A stretch of DNA of 64,000 nucleotides from Octopus vulgaris (GCA_951406725.2 OX597833.1:26908001-26972000), one strand, 5' to 3'; positions 1-14,469 are shown, counted from the first letter of the stretch. The notes: generated from the letters alone by a model not told the origin. Program-made: numbers and translations.

Positions 1-242
1 TGCCTCTGTCCGTGGTTTAGGAGTGCCAAGTATTTTTTCTTAACATTGGGTGCACAACTAAAAGAGTCTTGTTCCACTGCGATAAGGTCCTTTCTATTGG
101 ACTTTCTTCTCTTTCTGAAGAAGAGCGTTGCTCGAAACGTTAAACCATTTTCCTTTCCTTTCTGAGCGTCTGCTAATAGTTTACATATACCACGTCCTCA
201 CGTTCTTGTTTTTTTGTGTTCGTTGTTCTTTTTCGGATGTAC

Positions 243-245
<3 letters not shown>
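1..245 (+). mobile_element. PLE-type 3' terminal (pseudo-LTR-like) fragment ending at a (TATG)n tract
   Basis: Contains a minimal hammerhead at 112-144, then a T-rich tail resembling other PLE tails in the window, abutting a microsatellite. Confidence 0.55.
112..144 (+). ncRNA. Minimal type I hammerhead ribozyme, canonical core
   Basis: TTT-CTGAAGA-A-GAGC(GTT)GCTC-GAAA-CG-TT-AAA; palindromic stem III ACGT, GUU triplet, stem I only 3 bp. Confidence 0.65.
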
Positions 246-304
<59 letters not shown>

Positions 305-995
305 TGTATGTATGTATGTATGTATGTATGTATGCATAAATATAAATTTATGCATGTATATCTATGATTAAGTGTACTTGTGTGTATGTACGAGTGTGTG
401 TGTTTATATGTGCGTGTGTTTCTGTGTGCCTGCTTGTCTCTTTACATATGTATACACAGGACTACAAGTATGTACATGCAATTTATTTCCCTTTACCTTT
501 GTATCGTTACTGATTTTATCGAAGTCATTGTTGTTTGCCTATCATCAATTTGTGATGGCAATACAATAAAATGCTTTCGGCTGTTACAACATTGTCAGTT
601 AATGTTGCTCTTACCGTTGTTGCTGTCGTTGTTGTTGCTGCAACGTAGCTAGCTTCAGAAGCAGTGTGTAGTATGATTGCTCTTAATTCTCAGAAAGAAG
701 TAGCAATGGTGTCTTGTATTTTCTTGCTTTTGTTGTGGTGCTGTATTTGACTGAAATTGGCGGTAATAATTCAGGATTCTGTACATTTAATGACAATGTT
801 TGCTATTTAATTTTTACCCTCCACCTTCTCTTTTTGTTTTTCACTCCCCTTCCTCTCAGGTTTCGGACATTTCTCATGCACTTATCAGTGAAACTCGTTT
901 TGTCAAATGACAAATATACGGGTACACGCAAACTTACAGACACGCACATATATGTGTGTGTGTATAAAGGTATAATTATAGATATATATATAATA

Positions 996-1073
<78 letters not shown>

Positions 1074-1105
1074 TGTATAAATGTTAAAAGATATACATAT
1101 GTGTG

Positions 1106-1158
<53 letters not shown>

Positions 1159-2052
1159 GTGTGTACGCATATATATATATATATATATATGTTATAATCT
1201 AAACTGCGTCCTCGTGAAGCACATCTGTATATTCCATTCCCATAATCCAAAATTGCATGTTGGAGTTATAATTGTGTGAGACATGCACAAGAGTTTAAAA
1301 ACACAGGAAAATATGTTTTCCAGAGTAATTACAAGTCAGAACAGGTGACTTGAATTTGTTTTTGTTTTAGTATCATTTATTCACAATTACACATGTTTCA
1401 TTTGCTAATAGGCGTGTCCCCTATTAGCGATTCTACTTCGATAATCAAATAATACAGGATTTACATTGTTTGAAGCTTCTATATACAGCCAGTAATTAAG
1501 ATTCTTGTATATATAATGGTGGAAGCGTTTTCAGATATGGATGTAATAAACGTAAGCTCATACGCATTCAAATTCATGTGTACATGTACCTACACATACG
1601 CGTGCACACACACACACACACACACATACTTACATATATACATACACACACACATACACACAATGATGGACATTCAATATCATTCAGGAAATGCTTTTTG
1701 GCTACTTCCTTGGCAAGAACACAAAAATTTCTTATAGACAAGAGACACCCCTTCCAACACTCTCTAACACTTTGAACTCAGTAACAAACTATATTTAAGG
1801 AAGACTTCAACGAAAATCCTCCAGACCTGTTCTTGACCCCCGGACAGAAGAAAAACTGTTTTTACTTCAAATTTTTATAAATTTTTACTGATATTTGATA
1901 AGATGAGATTCATCGAAACCGCTAATATTTTGTTTAAATATTTTTTTATTAAATTCCCCCTTCAATTGAAATGTCTTAGGCTTACTTCTGTGATATTTGC
2001 ACCTCCAGATTTAATATACATATATATATGTATATACATGTGTGTGTGTGTG

Positions 2053-2837
2053 TACGAGGAGGTTCCTAAAAGTAACCTGAAACGTTCTGTTTGGGACAAG
2101 CCCGTTGTAGTACCGCAAGAAGCCATTTGATGCAACCTTAATCCACACTGCCACGTGGTACACCTTTGTTTTGCAGTGCTTCCCCCCTGTTTATCGATTT
2201 TTGCAATGGCTCAAATGAAGGAACATCATGCTTCAGTGAAATTTTGTTTTTCGCTGGGGAAAACGGCAGCCAAAACAATTCAATCTACTTACAACGCCGC
2301 TGCCATTGAGCAAAACAAGTTTACCAGTGTTCTTCATGCTTTATGAATGGTCACTTATCGCTTGAAGTCCAACCTCGTTCAGGGCGACTGTCGGCCTCCC
2401 GAACTAATGAACTGATCTTAGAGGACTGTTGCCGAACAATTGACGAACTTATTGATATGACCGCTGTGTCCTGGAGCTCCTGTCAACGAGTTTCGAGCGA
2501 GGAATTGCGAATGAATAGAATTGCAGCAAAATCTGTGTCATGAGACTGAATGCATGTCGTGAACTGAAAGAACAGTTGGAAGTTAATCCGACCCTATTTT
2601 CGAAGGTCATCACTAGTGACAAAATTGGTGCTACGGAATTTGAAGATGTGGAAGAGGTGAAGAAAAAAACGATGGAGGCGTTAAAAGGCATCACTTCGCA
2701 AGAGTTCCAGTGAAAAATGCGTCTAGACCGATGCATTTCTTGAAATGGAGAATACTTTGAAGCCGATAAAAGTATAAACTTGTAAAGCTTGGTGAATAAA
2801 ATAATATTGCAAAATTTTTTTGGGGTACCCCTTCGTA
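2053..2837 (+). mobile_element. Internally deleted, decayed mariner transposon
   Basis: TA-flanked imperfect TIRs (tacgaggaggttcctaaaag ... ttttggggtaccccttcgta). Translated pieces VKFCFSLGKTAAKT, QPRSGRLSASRT and RTIDELIDMTAVSWSSCQRVSSEELRMNRIAAK match the mariner N-terminal HTH region. A GEYFE-type C-terminus is present. Confidence 0.85.
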
Positions 2838-3779
2838 TATTCATGCACGTGGGCACAAACACAGTGTGAATTGCATGTATAGGCATAGATATTGATGTGT
2901 GTTCAGCAAAATTTTTTCTCAAACACAGAGTTCCACCTTCGATCCATTTGTTCGATACATTACGTGAATATCTTCTATCATAGCTTCACTTTAACCCCAA
3001 AACGGATGTGATATTTCACCTCTCTGATTGATTTTCACCAAACCGGAGTACCCTGAAAGATTTTTTGTTACTTGAGTAATCCGCTACAAGCATACTGACA
3101 CATTTCGCTCCCGAAATAATATTAAGAAAATATATGCTTATAGAAAATCCTCTACAACTGTAACTTTGTAGCATTTAATAAAAACATTAGTAATTTAACA
3201 CATGATATTATATCAATATTACGTAAACATATCCCAGACATCGAGCTGATGCAATCTCTGTTTACAAAAATGTATTATTAGATTTGAAAACAAATCACGA
3301 CTAAATTATACCACGAAACCGCAATTACAGAATTATTATGAAGAAAATCAGCTTCAACTAATGAATCTTCAACGAATTTACACATACAGCATCTTACCAC
3401 GGAAACGAGAATAGGATGAGAGCTGATGGAATATCGTTCAAAATTTGACCAATATTTTTAGTCTCGCTGCTATTTTCTTGTCAACAAGCAAGTGTTATAT
3501 CATGGTACAATTAGCAGTGGTCTGTGATGTGAAATATAAGAATAGCAGCCAACGTATTTCAAAGTCCGAATACTTAGTTTACTATTATGATGCATAACCA
3601 CGTGAGCCTAACATTAAAGATGAATTTACCAACTCTGGAGGATATGACGAGCTCACCAATTAAAACAAAGAATATACGCTCCAACTCTGAATGGAATATG
3701 ATACGCGGAAAATGTTCAGAAGCAAATGATTATATATATGTGTATGTATGTGTATACGCGTGCGTGTGCGGGTTTAAAT

Positions 3780-3960
3780 GCCTGAGGAGTGTTGGATAGA
3801 AGCCATTATTTCTATATCTTCGCATGAAATTCTCCTTTTGTATATATGCTTCCATATATGTTGCCTGTCTCATTTCTTTATTTGTTTCTTTCGTTGTTCA
3901 TGATATTCTTTTTGATGTTGTTCACGTTTATTTTTTGACGTCCTTTACCCATATATGCAT
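3780..3960 (+). mobile_element. PLE-like 3' tail, family 2 (related copies ~5100-5360 +, ~9200-9490 -, ~13175-13355 +)
   Basis: Shared tail atgttgcctgtctc..ttcgttgtt..gt(c/t)ctgtacccatatatgcat, always ending at TA/TATG tracts; decayed CTGAGGA..GAAA motif at 3782-3830. Confidence 0.45.
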
Positions 3961-4008
3961 GTGTATATAGATATATGTGTAGGTATGTACTTGTTATGTA
4001 TGTATATA

Positions 4009-4090
<82 letters not shown>

Positions 4091-4100
4091 TGATATATAT

Positions 4101-4691
4101 AGGGAAGCTGAAAATAGACAAAAGACGAAGGCAGGTGGAAACAAACAAACAATTGTATTAGTATGGCGCTCAGGAAATATAAATAAAACAAGTCTTTAAC
4201 GTTTCGAGCCTACGCTCTTCAACAGAAAGATACACAGAGAGAAAAAAAAACACAGAAAGAAGGAGAGAAAAAATGCGTGCAGTAACTATCGAATCAACAT
4301 GGCGATCTGATTTCGGCCAGAGGTCAAAGATCAAACATGAGACAGAGCGAAATAAGGGGAGATAATAGGGTTGATAATAGGGTTGAATGACCAGCTTTTA
4401 GTGCGTAGGAGAGGTCTGTCGTGTGTATGTATAGGGTTGGTGTATGTATTAGTATGTATTAGTATGTATACAGATTTGTGTTGTGTGTGTGTGTATGAGA
4501 GAGTATTAGTGCGTATGATAGGTCTGGACGTGCGTATGTATGGGGTTGGTGTATGTATTAGTATGTATTAGTATGTATTAGTACGTATTATATGTATAAT
4601 TGTGTGTGTGTGTGTATGAGAGAGTATAAGTCCGTATGAGAGGTCTGGACGTGTGTATGTATAGGGTTGGTGTATGTATTATATGTATTAG

Positions 4692-4700
<9 letters not shown>
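4101..4700 (-). mobile_element. PLE 3' end (family 1): pLTR with hammerhead plus internal ~110-bp GT-rich repeats
   Basis: Reverse complement of ~31230-31860, which follows a GIY-YIG ORF remnant; flanked by (TA)n on both sides. Confidence 0.8.
4193..4230 (-). ncRNA. Minimal hammerhead, A6U variant core (CUGUUGA)
   Basis: TCTTT-CTGTTGA-A-GAGC(GTAG)GCTC-GAAA-CG-TT-AAAGA on the minus strand. Confidence 0.6.
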
Positions 4701-4728
<28 letters not shown>

Positions 4729-5099
4729 CATACGCATTCATTTCAAAGTAAGTTTTATCTAAATAATTCCGATGCGACACTTATACCACTATCCTAACAC
4801 TATCTGTATTCTCCCTTTCTTCCCCTTTCTTTCTTTTTTTCTCTCCCACCTTTTCTATAATTCTTCTCCTCTCCTTCACTGCTCTCTATCTGTCCCTCTC
4901 TCTCCCTCACTCTTCCTCATACTCATTCCTCACACGTGACCAGCGGCTATCTTTCTTTCTCCTTACGCAACAAGAGACAACGCGCATTTTTGCCTGTCTC
5001 CTGTCAAAGTTGTTTCTCCAGCGTTCACCACGTCACCTCGTTATGGCTTAACAACCCTTACCGTTTGTTTTTACTGTCCTGTTTTTGTTGCCACTTTAA

Positions 5100-5360
5100 C
5101 CCTCTACAAATCCGAAATTTTATATAATTTGCTTTGCAGGAACGACTGTTATGGCGAAGATTCATCTTGTCCTAACGTTCGCAAAACGGAGTAGATAAAA
5201 CAGGCGACAGCTGATGAAGGGATCGTTCTTTATGTTGCCTGTCTCGTTTCTCTATTTGTTCCTTTCGTTGTTTGAAAAATGTTCGTTTTCCATGTTTTAT
5301 TTTTCATGTTCCCGTTTTTCACGTTGTTCACGTTTTGAGGTTCTGTACCCATATATGCAT
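5100..5360 (+). mobile_element. PLE-like 3' tail, family 2
   Basis: Similar to 9200-9490 (-) and 13175-13355 (+); preceded by a CT-rich tract and ending at a TA/TG microsatellite. Confidence 0.45.
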
Positions 5361-5944
5361 GTGTATATACATGTATATGTAGGTATGTACATGAATGTAT
5401 ATATGCATATGTATATTATTTATATTATTATAATTATATATATATACATATATATACATATATGTATGTGTATGCGTCTGAATACATACCTAAATACATA
5501 CATACATATATACATACATAAATGCTTACATATACATACATATAAACGTATACATACATCTATGTGCATATGTATATATATATATATGTATATATGTAGA
5601 TACATACAAGCACACAGATTCACACGCAAACACACACCTACACACACACTGAGACACACACACATACACACGCACACATATATATGCGTTCATATATATA
5701 TGTGGATACCCACATACACACATATATATACTACTTATGTATGTGTGTGAGCCTATCGATATGTACACGTATATCATGCAATACCGATGAGTGCCCATGG
5801 CCAGTCTACATCCCTGCTGATGTTATTCATAATAAAATATTGCTTGCTGCGTTATTATGTACCACTACGTATGTGTTTGTGTGTGAAAATAGGGTATACT
5901 AACCCAGCTCACAATTTGGCTATTTGTGTGTGTGTGTATGTGTG

Positions 5945-5992
<48 letters not shown>

Positions 5993-6943
5993 TGCGTGCG
6001 TGCATGTGTGTGGAGAGAGAGATATGAAGTATGTGAATAACGCCATTAAAATACTGTCTCTCTCGCTCAACAAAAATACTTATTTAATCTTATTTTTTAG
6101 CTCTCTCCTTTGTCACTGATATTCTCTCTCCCTCTCTCTGTTTCTCCATATCCAGCTGCTGTTTTGTTTTTCTCAGATTACTTCCATACCACGCATGAGA
6201 AACAATTAACTCTCCATTATTTCTTGTCATACTATTTCTTGTTATACTATAGTATAATCAAGCTCTCATGGACTAAGGACTAAGGAAAACGTTTCAGGCA
6301 AAACGAGAAGGAAAACGTCAAGAAGTTTCTACCTGACAGCTCACAGACTTTTAGACTATATACAGACCAGATCACCACTTTTTTTTTTTATTCTATTTTT
6401 CGCTTACTTGTCTATTAGATAATTGGCCCGTTATTTGCTATCTATTTTATTTTCTCAACGTTTTTGCTTATTCAAAGATCAAATTTATTTTCAGCTATAA
6501 CTTTAAAGCAGTTTCTTTCCTTAAAAAGTATTCAAAAGTACGTTTTTATCTTAATCAATCACATTTTCACTCTACATTCATAGCTGTTTACCTTTATCTG
6601 AACATATACGTATCTATCAAATATGTATTTTTCTAAACCTTGCCATAGGGCCAGCAATTTTGTGGGATGTGCTAAGTCGATTACGGTAACCCCCTGTACT
6701 TGAGTAGTACATCATCCTACGACCTTAAATGGATGAAAGTCAAAGTTGCCCTCAGTGAGAGTTGAACTGAGAATGTAAAGAACCGAGAGAAACGCCGCTA
6801 AGCTGTTTGACCGACGCTCGCCGCCTTCAAATATATGAGTAATGAATATGTTTAGTTTTATGCATACGTAAAGCACTTAACATCTCCAAGACATGTTATT
6901 TCACGTGTTTTCTTAAGCACACACACACACACATGAATATATA

Positions 6944-6992
<49 letters not shown>

Positions 6993-6993
6993 T

Positions 6994-7038
<45 letters not shown>

Positions 7039-7044
7039 CATAGT

Positions 7045-7232
7045 TCCTACACGCATTTTTTTCTCTCCTTGTTTCTCTCCTTGTTTCTTTTCTGTGTATC
7101 TTTCTGTCGAAGAGCGTAGGCTCGAAACGTAAAAGACTTGTTCTATTTCTATTCCTGAGCGCCATACTAATACATTTGTTTGTTTGTACTCCACCTGCCT
7201 TCGTCTTTTGTTTATTTTCGTAAACCTTCCCG

Positions 7233-7233
<1 letters not shown>
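7045..7233 (+). mobile_element. PLE family 1 pLTR fragment in (TA)n, with hammerhead at 7099-7136 (CUGUCGA core, GUA triplet)
   Basis: Homologous to 31670-31860; TCTTT-CTGTCGA-A-GAGC(GTAG)GCTC-GAAA-CG-TA-AAAGA. Confidence 0.75.
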
Positions 7234-7281
<48 letters not shown>

Positions 7282-7984
7282 AGTATAAGATCGTTATTTA
7301 AATATCGAACTTATCAAGTAGCCAGCATGGGAATAAAAACCTTCAAAGGTAATAATTATTATCAAAATTATAATTTAGTATATCTAAGAGATACCACCAC
7401 GCTTTCTATAGCAGTCCGGTGCTGTATGAACTTTTATTGTGGTTTTAGAGTCAACTTTTGGCTACTATTTCAAGCGTGGTGGTATCTCTTAGATACCCTA
7501 TATATATGAACTTTATATATATATATAATTATATATATAGCGAGAGGAAGAGAGACAGGCAGACAGATAAACAGTGACAGGTACTAAGAGACAGACAGAG
7601 AAACAGAAAGAGAGGGAGCTTAATAGCCATGATATACTTATATGTATCATCATCAACCAAGTGCCCTTTCTGCAACCGACAGTCGGCTTCTTAAGACTTC
7701 AGTTCCGCTCTGTTATGTTGTATACAAAGAATCAATCTCTTGCTTTCTGACAATTCTTTGAGGTCAGAAGTCCATCAACGACTTTGCAAGCTCGTATTTT
7801 CTTCGGCGCATTCCATTTTCCAAAATATGGCAGTGTCATGGACTTGATTTTCACCAATAGATGTGTTTGGACTTTCAGCATTTCTAGAACTGCTGCATTT
7901 GTTAACCTGTCTTTCTAATTTATTCTGTTCAATCTTCGAAAAACCCGCTTCTTAATGACATCTACCGCCTCCATTGCTCTGTAT

Positions 7985-8200
7985 ATTAGTTTCAAATTTT
8001 GGCACAAGGCCAGCAAGTTTGGGGGAGGGGTTAAGTCGATAACATCGAACCCAGTGTTCAAGTGGTACGTATTTTATCGACCTCGATTTGGTGAAAGGCA
8101 CTGTCGACATTGGCAGAACTTGAACTCTGAACAGCAAGACGGACGAAAAGCCGCTAAACACGTTACTCGGCGTGCTAGCCATTTTCAAGCTCGCCCTCTT
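7985..8200 (-). mobile_element. tRNA-derived SINE, family B (diverged)
   Basis: Matches 18721-18945: gcctttca..cga(g)gtcgataaa..gtacca..ctggg.tcgat. Confidence 0.7.
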
Positions 8201-8924
8201 AATTGTTCTGTATACTCTGCAAGATTCTGCGACGTAGAAGAAAGATCGCATAATATAATAGTTTACTATCTGCATTTTTAATGTAGCATAATGTATTTTG
8301 AATTACCAATGATGATATATATATACATGTGTGTGTGTGTTTATGTATATACATATGTTTGTGTGCATATATATATACATAGATATATACATATATATAT
8401 ATATACATACATTCTACATACACACCATGTATATATACATACATACGTACATACATACTTACATATACATATACATACATGCATACAACATACACGCATA
8501 CATACATACATACACACATTCATCAATGCGATAATTATAACAGTCGTTACAGTTACAAGTATCCGATTCACCTATGTTTTGTTGATGTTACTGTTGTTGC
8601 TGCTGTTGTTCTCATTATGTTACCGATGTAGGCTTTTAGCCCCACCCCTTCTCTAATTGAGCAGATGCATGTTCACAGATTTCTAGTCATGAATATCCTG
8701 TTTTATGTTCTGCTATTGGGCATCTAGAACTACATCATTAAACGATTTTTTCCTTGTTAAAAACATTAGAATCGGATTTGAAATGATTTAGGTTACGACA
8801 TTTTGTAGGTCAACACTTCTTACTACTGGTGTTCTTTCAGTTAACATCGCTGTTTCTGTGGTCGTTATCGTTATTGTAATTGGTATTGTTGTTATATGTA
8901 TTACTTATTTGTTGTTAATATTAT

Positions 8925-9662
8925 TCTTTTCTTTTATTCTTTTATTTGACTGCAGCCAAGCTGGAACACCGCCTTTAGTCAAGCAAATCGGCCCCAGGAC
9001 TTATACTTTGTAAGCCTAGTACTTATTCTATCGGTCTCTCTAGCCAAACCGTTAAGTGACGGGGATGTAAACAGACCAGCATCAGTTGTCAAGCGATGTT
9101 GCGGTGACAAAAACAGAACACAAACCTATACATACATACATATCTATATATCTATATATATATATATATAATCAATAAATAAAACATATGCACACATACA
9201 TACATGCACGCACCCACCTCTACATGTACACACACATACATATATGGGTACAGAACACCAAAAAACGTCGAACACAATGAGAAACGAAAACACAAACACA
9301 AAACCAAGGAACCGGACAGTTTTCTCAAACAACGAAAAAATAGAGCACAGGACAAACAACACAAGGAAAATTCCCCTTCTTCAGTCGGCATGGTTTCATC
9401 CACCCTGCGTTTCGAAAGTGAAGGCGATACGCATCTTCGATAGAAACTTTCCTTCCCGCGAAACGCAAATTAAATAAAATTTGAGATCTTATATATATAC
9501 GGTGGGCTTCTTTCAGTTTCCGTCTACAAATTCTACTCACGAGGATTTGGTCGGCCCGAGGCTATAGTAGTAGACACTTGCCCAAGGTGCCACGCAGTGG
9601 GATTGAACCCGGAACCATGTGGATTGTAAACCATCTACTTACCACACAGCCATTCTTGCGTA
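8925..9662 (-). mobile_element. tRNA-derived SINE, family A, split by a PLE tail inserted in its internal microsatellite
   Basis: Head at 9500-9662 (tggctgtgtggtaag A-box, ccgggttcaatccc B-box on minus); 3' part at 8925-9125; unrelated insert at ~9200-9490. Confidence 0.8.
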
Positions 9663-10114
9663 CATGTTATTATTGAAATTATTGTTGAGGAAGGTTTAGA
9701 TACTGCTTTCATTAATCACATCGACCACGTACACGCTCTCTATTTTGTGCTCATGCCGTTGTAGCTGTTGTCCGACATATTTGAAATGTTTCTACCACTG
9801 GCAACGTTGTGGTTGTGCTTATAGTTACTGCTTCTATTAGTTTAATTTTAATTAAACTCCTTGCTGTTGTTCTTGCTGGTACAACAGTTGATCATGATTA
9901 ATGTTTGCCGTCGTCGTCGTCATCATCGCTGTTGTTGTTGTTGTTGTTGATGTACTGCTGCTGCTGCAGCTACTTTTCATGATTTTGTTGTTTGTGCCGT
10001 AGAAAGATAATGAACCGGATGAATAATAGAAATGCATTGCTACTGTTAGGGCCGCACATTTTCCTGATGATGTAGCGATAGAAGAAAATTTCTGAGCAAT
10101 AGCGGGAGTGACAA

Positions 10115-10267
10115 AGAAGAAAGAAGAAGAAGAAGAAGAAGAAGAAGAAGAAGAAGAAGAAGAAGAAGAAGAAGAAGAAGAAGAAGAAGAAGAAGAAGAA
10201 GAAGAAGAAGAAGAAGAAGAAGAAGAAGAAGAAGAAGAAGAAGAAGAAGAAGAAGAAGAAGAAGAAG
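10115..10267. repeat. (GAA)n microsatellite, about 50 units
   Basis: Read directly; source of the spurious poly-E and poly-L ORFs. Confidence 0.98.
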
Positions 10268-11361
10268 CGACGTCAATGACAAGAACAATAAGAAACGAGA
10301 TGTCAGAAATATTTTTTATAGATATTCATTTATTGAAATCTGTTAATTACGCGTTGATGAGCTTATTGATTAAGACGGTTCTGGAATAATTTCTGTAGCC
10401 ATGCGACGGCATGTACAGGTATACTTCCCTTTATAATTATTCAAACTAAGTACAGCCAATATATTCTCAGTGGATATTCTTTCTTATTAATCATTTCTCA
10501 GACCCCGATATAGTAACCTAGCTCTACAGGATGTTTTTCATATTCCATTTTAACGAATCTTTCTTGTTTTTTAGCACATGACCCCAAGTATTAAAATATG
10601 CAATGAAAACATATAATCTAAATACAATCTACATATAATCTACATATAATCTGCAGGGTCATTGACTGGTTACGACAAGGTCACTTGTTCCGGCAGTTAT
10701 TCTATATATCTCCGGTGGGTTGAATTTCTGCTGTCTATAGCGGTAGAGAGTCCATCATTGACAAGACCAAGCAAGATCTTCGAAATCACATGAACTGGTG
10801 GTCTCGATGCTGGAGGTGACGGGGATTTATCTCCCTGCTAAAGATATAAACAAGAGCGCATTTGACACCAAAACCAATATGAGAGTTTCTCTCATGGCAA
10901 CTACTGCAGTATAGCTTGTTCTTACGGAACATCCATGATTCAGTGGGGATAAATATTACTTCTTGGTATTAAAACTGCCTTTATCGTTAACAAATGTAAT
11001 CTACTTTTCTTGTTTTAACAATGATTTGTTTCTGCATAAGCGTTATTTCTAAATTTACACTGGTGTGACTTTCTTAAACTCCATTATTCTAATTCTATGC
11101 ACCATATTAACTATATATTCTGTGATTATCTCGATATGATAATAGACGATGTAAATGTCTAAGCATTTTATATCACATAGAGAGAGGCGGAGAGACTGTA
11201 AAAAAGGTGGGTTACAGTGAGAGTAAGAGTTGATAAAAGAACGCTGAAATTTTTAAAATGCAGAGGTGGGAGGATGATAAAGATTATAAAAGCTACGTAG
11301 TGGATAGACGGCAAATACATAAAATACGCACAAATAGACACACACAAACACGTCCACACAT

Positions 11362-11399
<38 letters not shown>

Positions 11400-11700
11400 G
11401 TGCAGCCACAGTTTATATAGTTCGATGAACAGTTGGTAGGAAGAAGTAAAGGAGCAGATGTCAGTGCACGTTTGTATGTTTATGTATTTGTCTCAATTTA
11501 AATTAATAACCATTTTACACAACGTCAACTGACGTGTTAAATCATGTTTTCAGTTAACTTCATTCAGGAAGGAAGGAATATATTTGCCTTCCAGAGCGAC
11601 ACTCACACGTACGTGTGCTCACATTTGATAATAGCCAATACAAATGCTTGTCAGTTGGTTTACATAGCAGAGAGAGAGATAGGGAAATATTCAAAGCAAC

Positions 11701-11742
<42 letters not shown>

Positions 11743-12309
11743 TTGATCCATAAAGCAGCGATCTAAAAGAATCGTCAGTACCCCTGGCACACTGCATAGC
11801 CGCATTTTGTCTGTCTTTATGTCACCGGAGTCAACTTTGTCTTTCATCCTTTCGCGATCAATAGAATACATACCACCAGTTAAGCTCTGGGGTTGATGTA
11901 ATCCACTTAGCCCATCCCCTGAAATTGCAGGCCTTCTTTCAAAATTTTAAACCAATATAACACCTCCATGTAGAGTTCCTAATAACTTACGGAAAATACG
12001 TACTACTTTGTGCACGGCAGAGATCTGTTTTCGATGAAGTAGATTGCAATTATGTTGATAAAATTAAGGAAAATATAAACATATGTATTGCTAATATTTA
12101 ATTATATTTTACGATACTGAATTTTTTCTTTTCAAAAATTAATATCTATTTCATCATATTCCCCAGGCACTTAGAGATTTCATGACAGCTAAATTATAAT
12201 TAATGTTGGTGATGCGTATTACATGATGTTAGCCAACAAACGGAAAATATACAACCGTACTCATCCGCTTCCTGGCAGATATCGCTCGAGAATGTGTGTG
12301 TGTGTGTAA

Positions 12310-12310
<1 letters not shown>

Positions 12311-12397
<87 letters not shown>
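12311..12397. repeat. (TAGA)n microsatellite (also ~14368-14468, 19232-19333, 30232-30443)
   Basis: Read directly. Confidence 0.97.
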
Positions 12398-12529
12398 GTG
12401 AATGCATGCACGGATGAGAGAGAAAAAGAAAGACAGGTCCCTGTACGTGTATATATGAGTGATTGAATTGATGTATTTATGTACAGAACTGTATGAAGCC
12501 ATATATATAAATATCTTTTGCATACATAT

Positions 12530-12570
<41 letters not shown>

Positions 12571-12571
<1 letters not shown>

Positions 12572-12841
12572 GTGGTCTGATCAATAAGTATCCGGACTGT
12601 TACCAAGGTAACGAAGCTGAAGCACGCAGAGTTTAACCGCGTCGCACAAATTGTCTTTGAAATCTGCTGTGCATGCGCACTGCTTTAACGTTCTAGATCA
12701 CATCCGCTGTTTACAGCACTGCTTGGAAGAAAATGAGCTAGAACGTTAAAACTTCATGCACCTGCTCAGCAACATTCAAGATCAATATGTGCCCAGCGGC
12801 TTTACTCTGCGTGCTTTAACTTCGTTACTATGGCAACAGTC
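12571..12841. mobile_element. Palindromic mariner-type MITE lacking its right outer TIR
   Basis: Starts cgtggtctgatcaataagtatccggactg (mariner-like TIR). Long imperfect inverted arms gactgttaccaaggtaacgaagctgaagcacgcagagt / actctgcgtgctttaacttcgttactatggcaacagtc, and ttaacgttctag / ctagaacgttaa. Confidence 0.7.
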
Positions 12842-13351
12842 ATCACCTCGGGCACAATGCATAGCCTCATCTCCATGACGGTAATATAATCTTTTTTATG
12901 AAGGCAAAGAGAAGAAACAATGAGTCAACACGACTAGGATTAACTATATACGCGTTTAGAGATTAGAGTGATTTAAATTGTACTTACTTCTCTCTTCAGC
13001 ATAGTATTTCCAATTATAAAATTTGAAAGTGCTAGGGTTAAATATGCTCAAAATGGAGCGATATCATGTAACAGATATCCAACCAACACTTCCAAAATGT
13101 ACACAGCCGAATGTGAATACACAATTCAAACTCTATACCGACGTGTATTTATATATATATACGTATATATACGTATCGGAGTAGATGAAACGGGGACAAC
13201 TGATGAAGGGGGATATTCTTTATGTTCCATGTCTCGTTCCTCTGTTTGTTCTTTTTTTTTTTCGTTGTTCGTAAAAAAGTTCGTTTTCTATGTTTTCGTT
13301 TCTCATTGTGTTTAACGTTTTTTTTTTCTTTTGATGACCTGTACCCATATA

Positions 13352-13391
<40 letters not shown>

Positions 13392-13526
13392 TATATATGT
13401 AGATATGTACATATATGTATGTATTTATGTATATATGCATATATCTATATACTATTTATATTTTTATATGATCGAACGCCACGCATCCTTTTCCAAGTAA
13501 GTTTTATCTATATGTGTATATATATG

Positions 13527-13607
<81 letters not shown>

Positions 13608-13610
<3 letters not shown>

Positions 13611-13985
13611 CGTGGTCGTGTGGTAAGAAGCGTGCTCGCCAACCACATGTGGGCAAGTGTCTGCCATTATGGCCTTGGGCCGACCAAAGTATTTTGAGTT
13701 GATTTGGTAGACTGAAACAGAATGAACCCCGTCATACATATATATATATATACATAAATGTGTTTGTGTGTGTGTGTGTCTTTATGTATGTGTTTGTTCT
13801 CCATCATTGCTTAACAACCAGCGTATGTTCGATTACGTCCCCGTAACTTGGCGTTGCGGCCACTAAGTGAGGGATAGAATAATTACCAGATTTAAAAGAT
13901 ATAAGTCCTGGTGTCGATCTGTTCGACTAAACTCCTCGAAGGAAGTGCCCCAGCATGGTCACAGTCGAATGACTGAAAAGAAATG
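13608..13985 (+). mobile_element. SINE family A (diverged)
   Basis: tRNA-like head, internal TA/GT tract, conserved 3' ataagtcctgg.gtcgat...ccagcatgg.cacagtc..atgactgaaa. Confidence 0.8.
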
Positions 13986-14041
13986 CGGTGCTCCAACATG
14001 TCCCTAGCCTGAAGCCGGTAAAACAATTAAAGAATATACCT

Positions 14042-14118
<77 letters not shown>

Positions 14119-14372
14119 CACATATACGGTTGTATGCATACATATTACATATATGCATGGGTGTGGTTGTGGGTGCATATATTCTATTTATTCGTTCAAC
14201 AGTTTTAGTGCTGGAGCACGTATATCAAAAATGTTATATATATATATATGTACATGCATGCGCATATACTCTAATGTTTTAATATATACATAATTGCAAC
14301 TATATATATATCTGGAGAGAAAGAGAAACAGCAGACAGACGACAGACAGAGACACAGAGACAGAGGGATAGG

Positions 14373-14466
<94 letters not shown>

Positions 14467-14469
<3 letters not shown>

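Noticed and set aside
5211-5245. CTGATGA motif as a hammerhead (also ~13200 and ~9380 minus)
   Set aside because: A hairpin follows but there is no GAAA or stem III in the required position.
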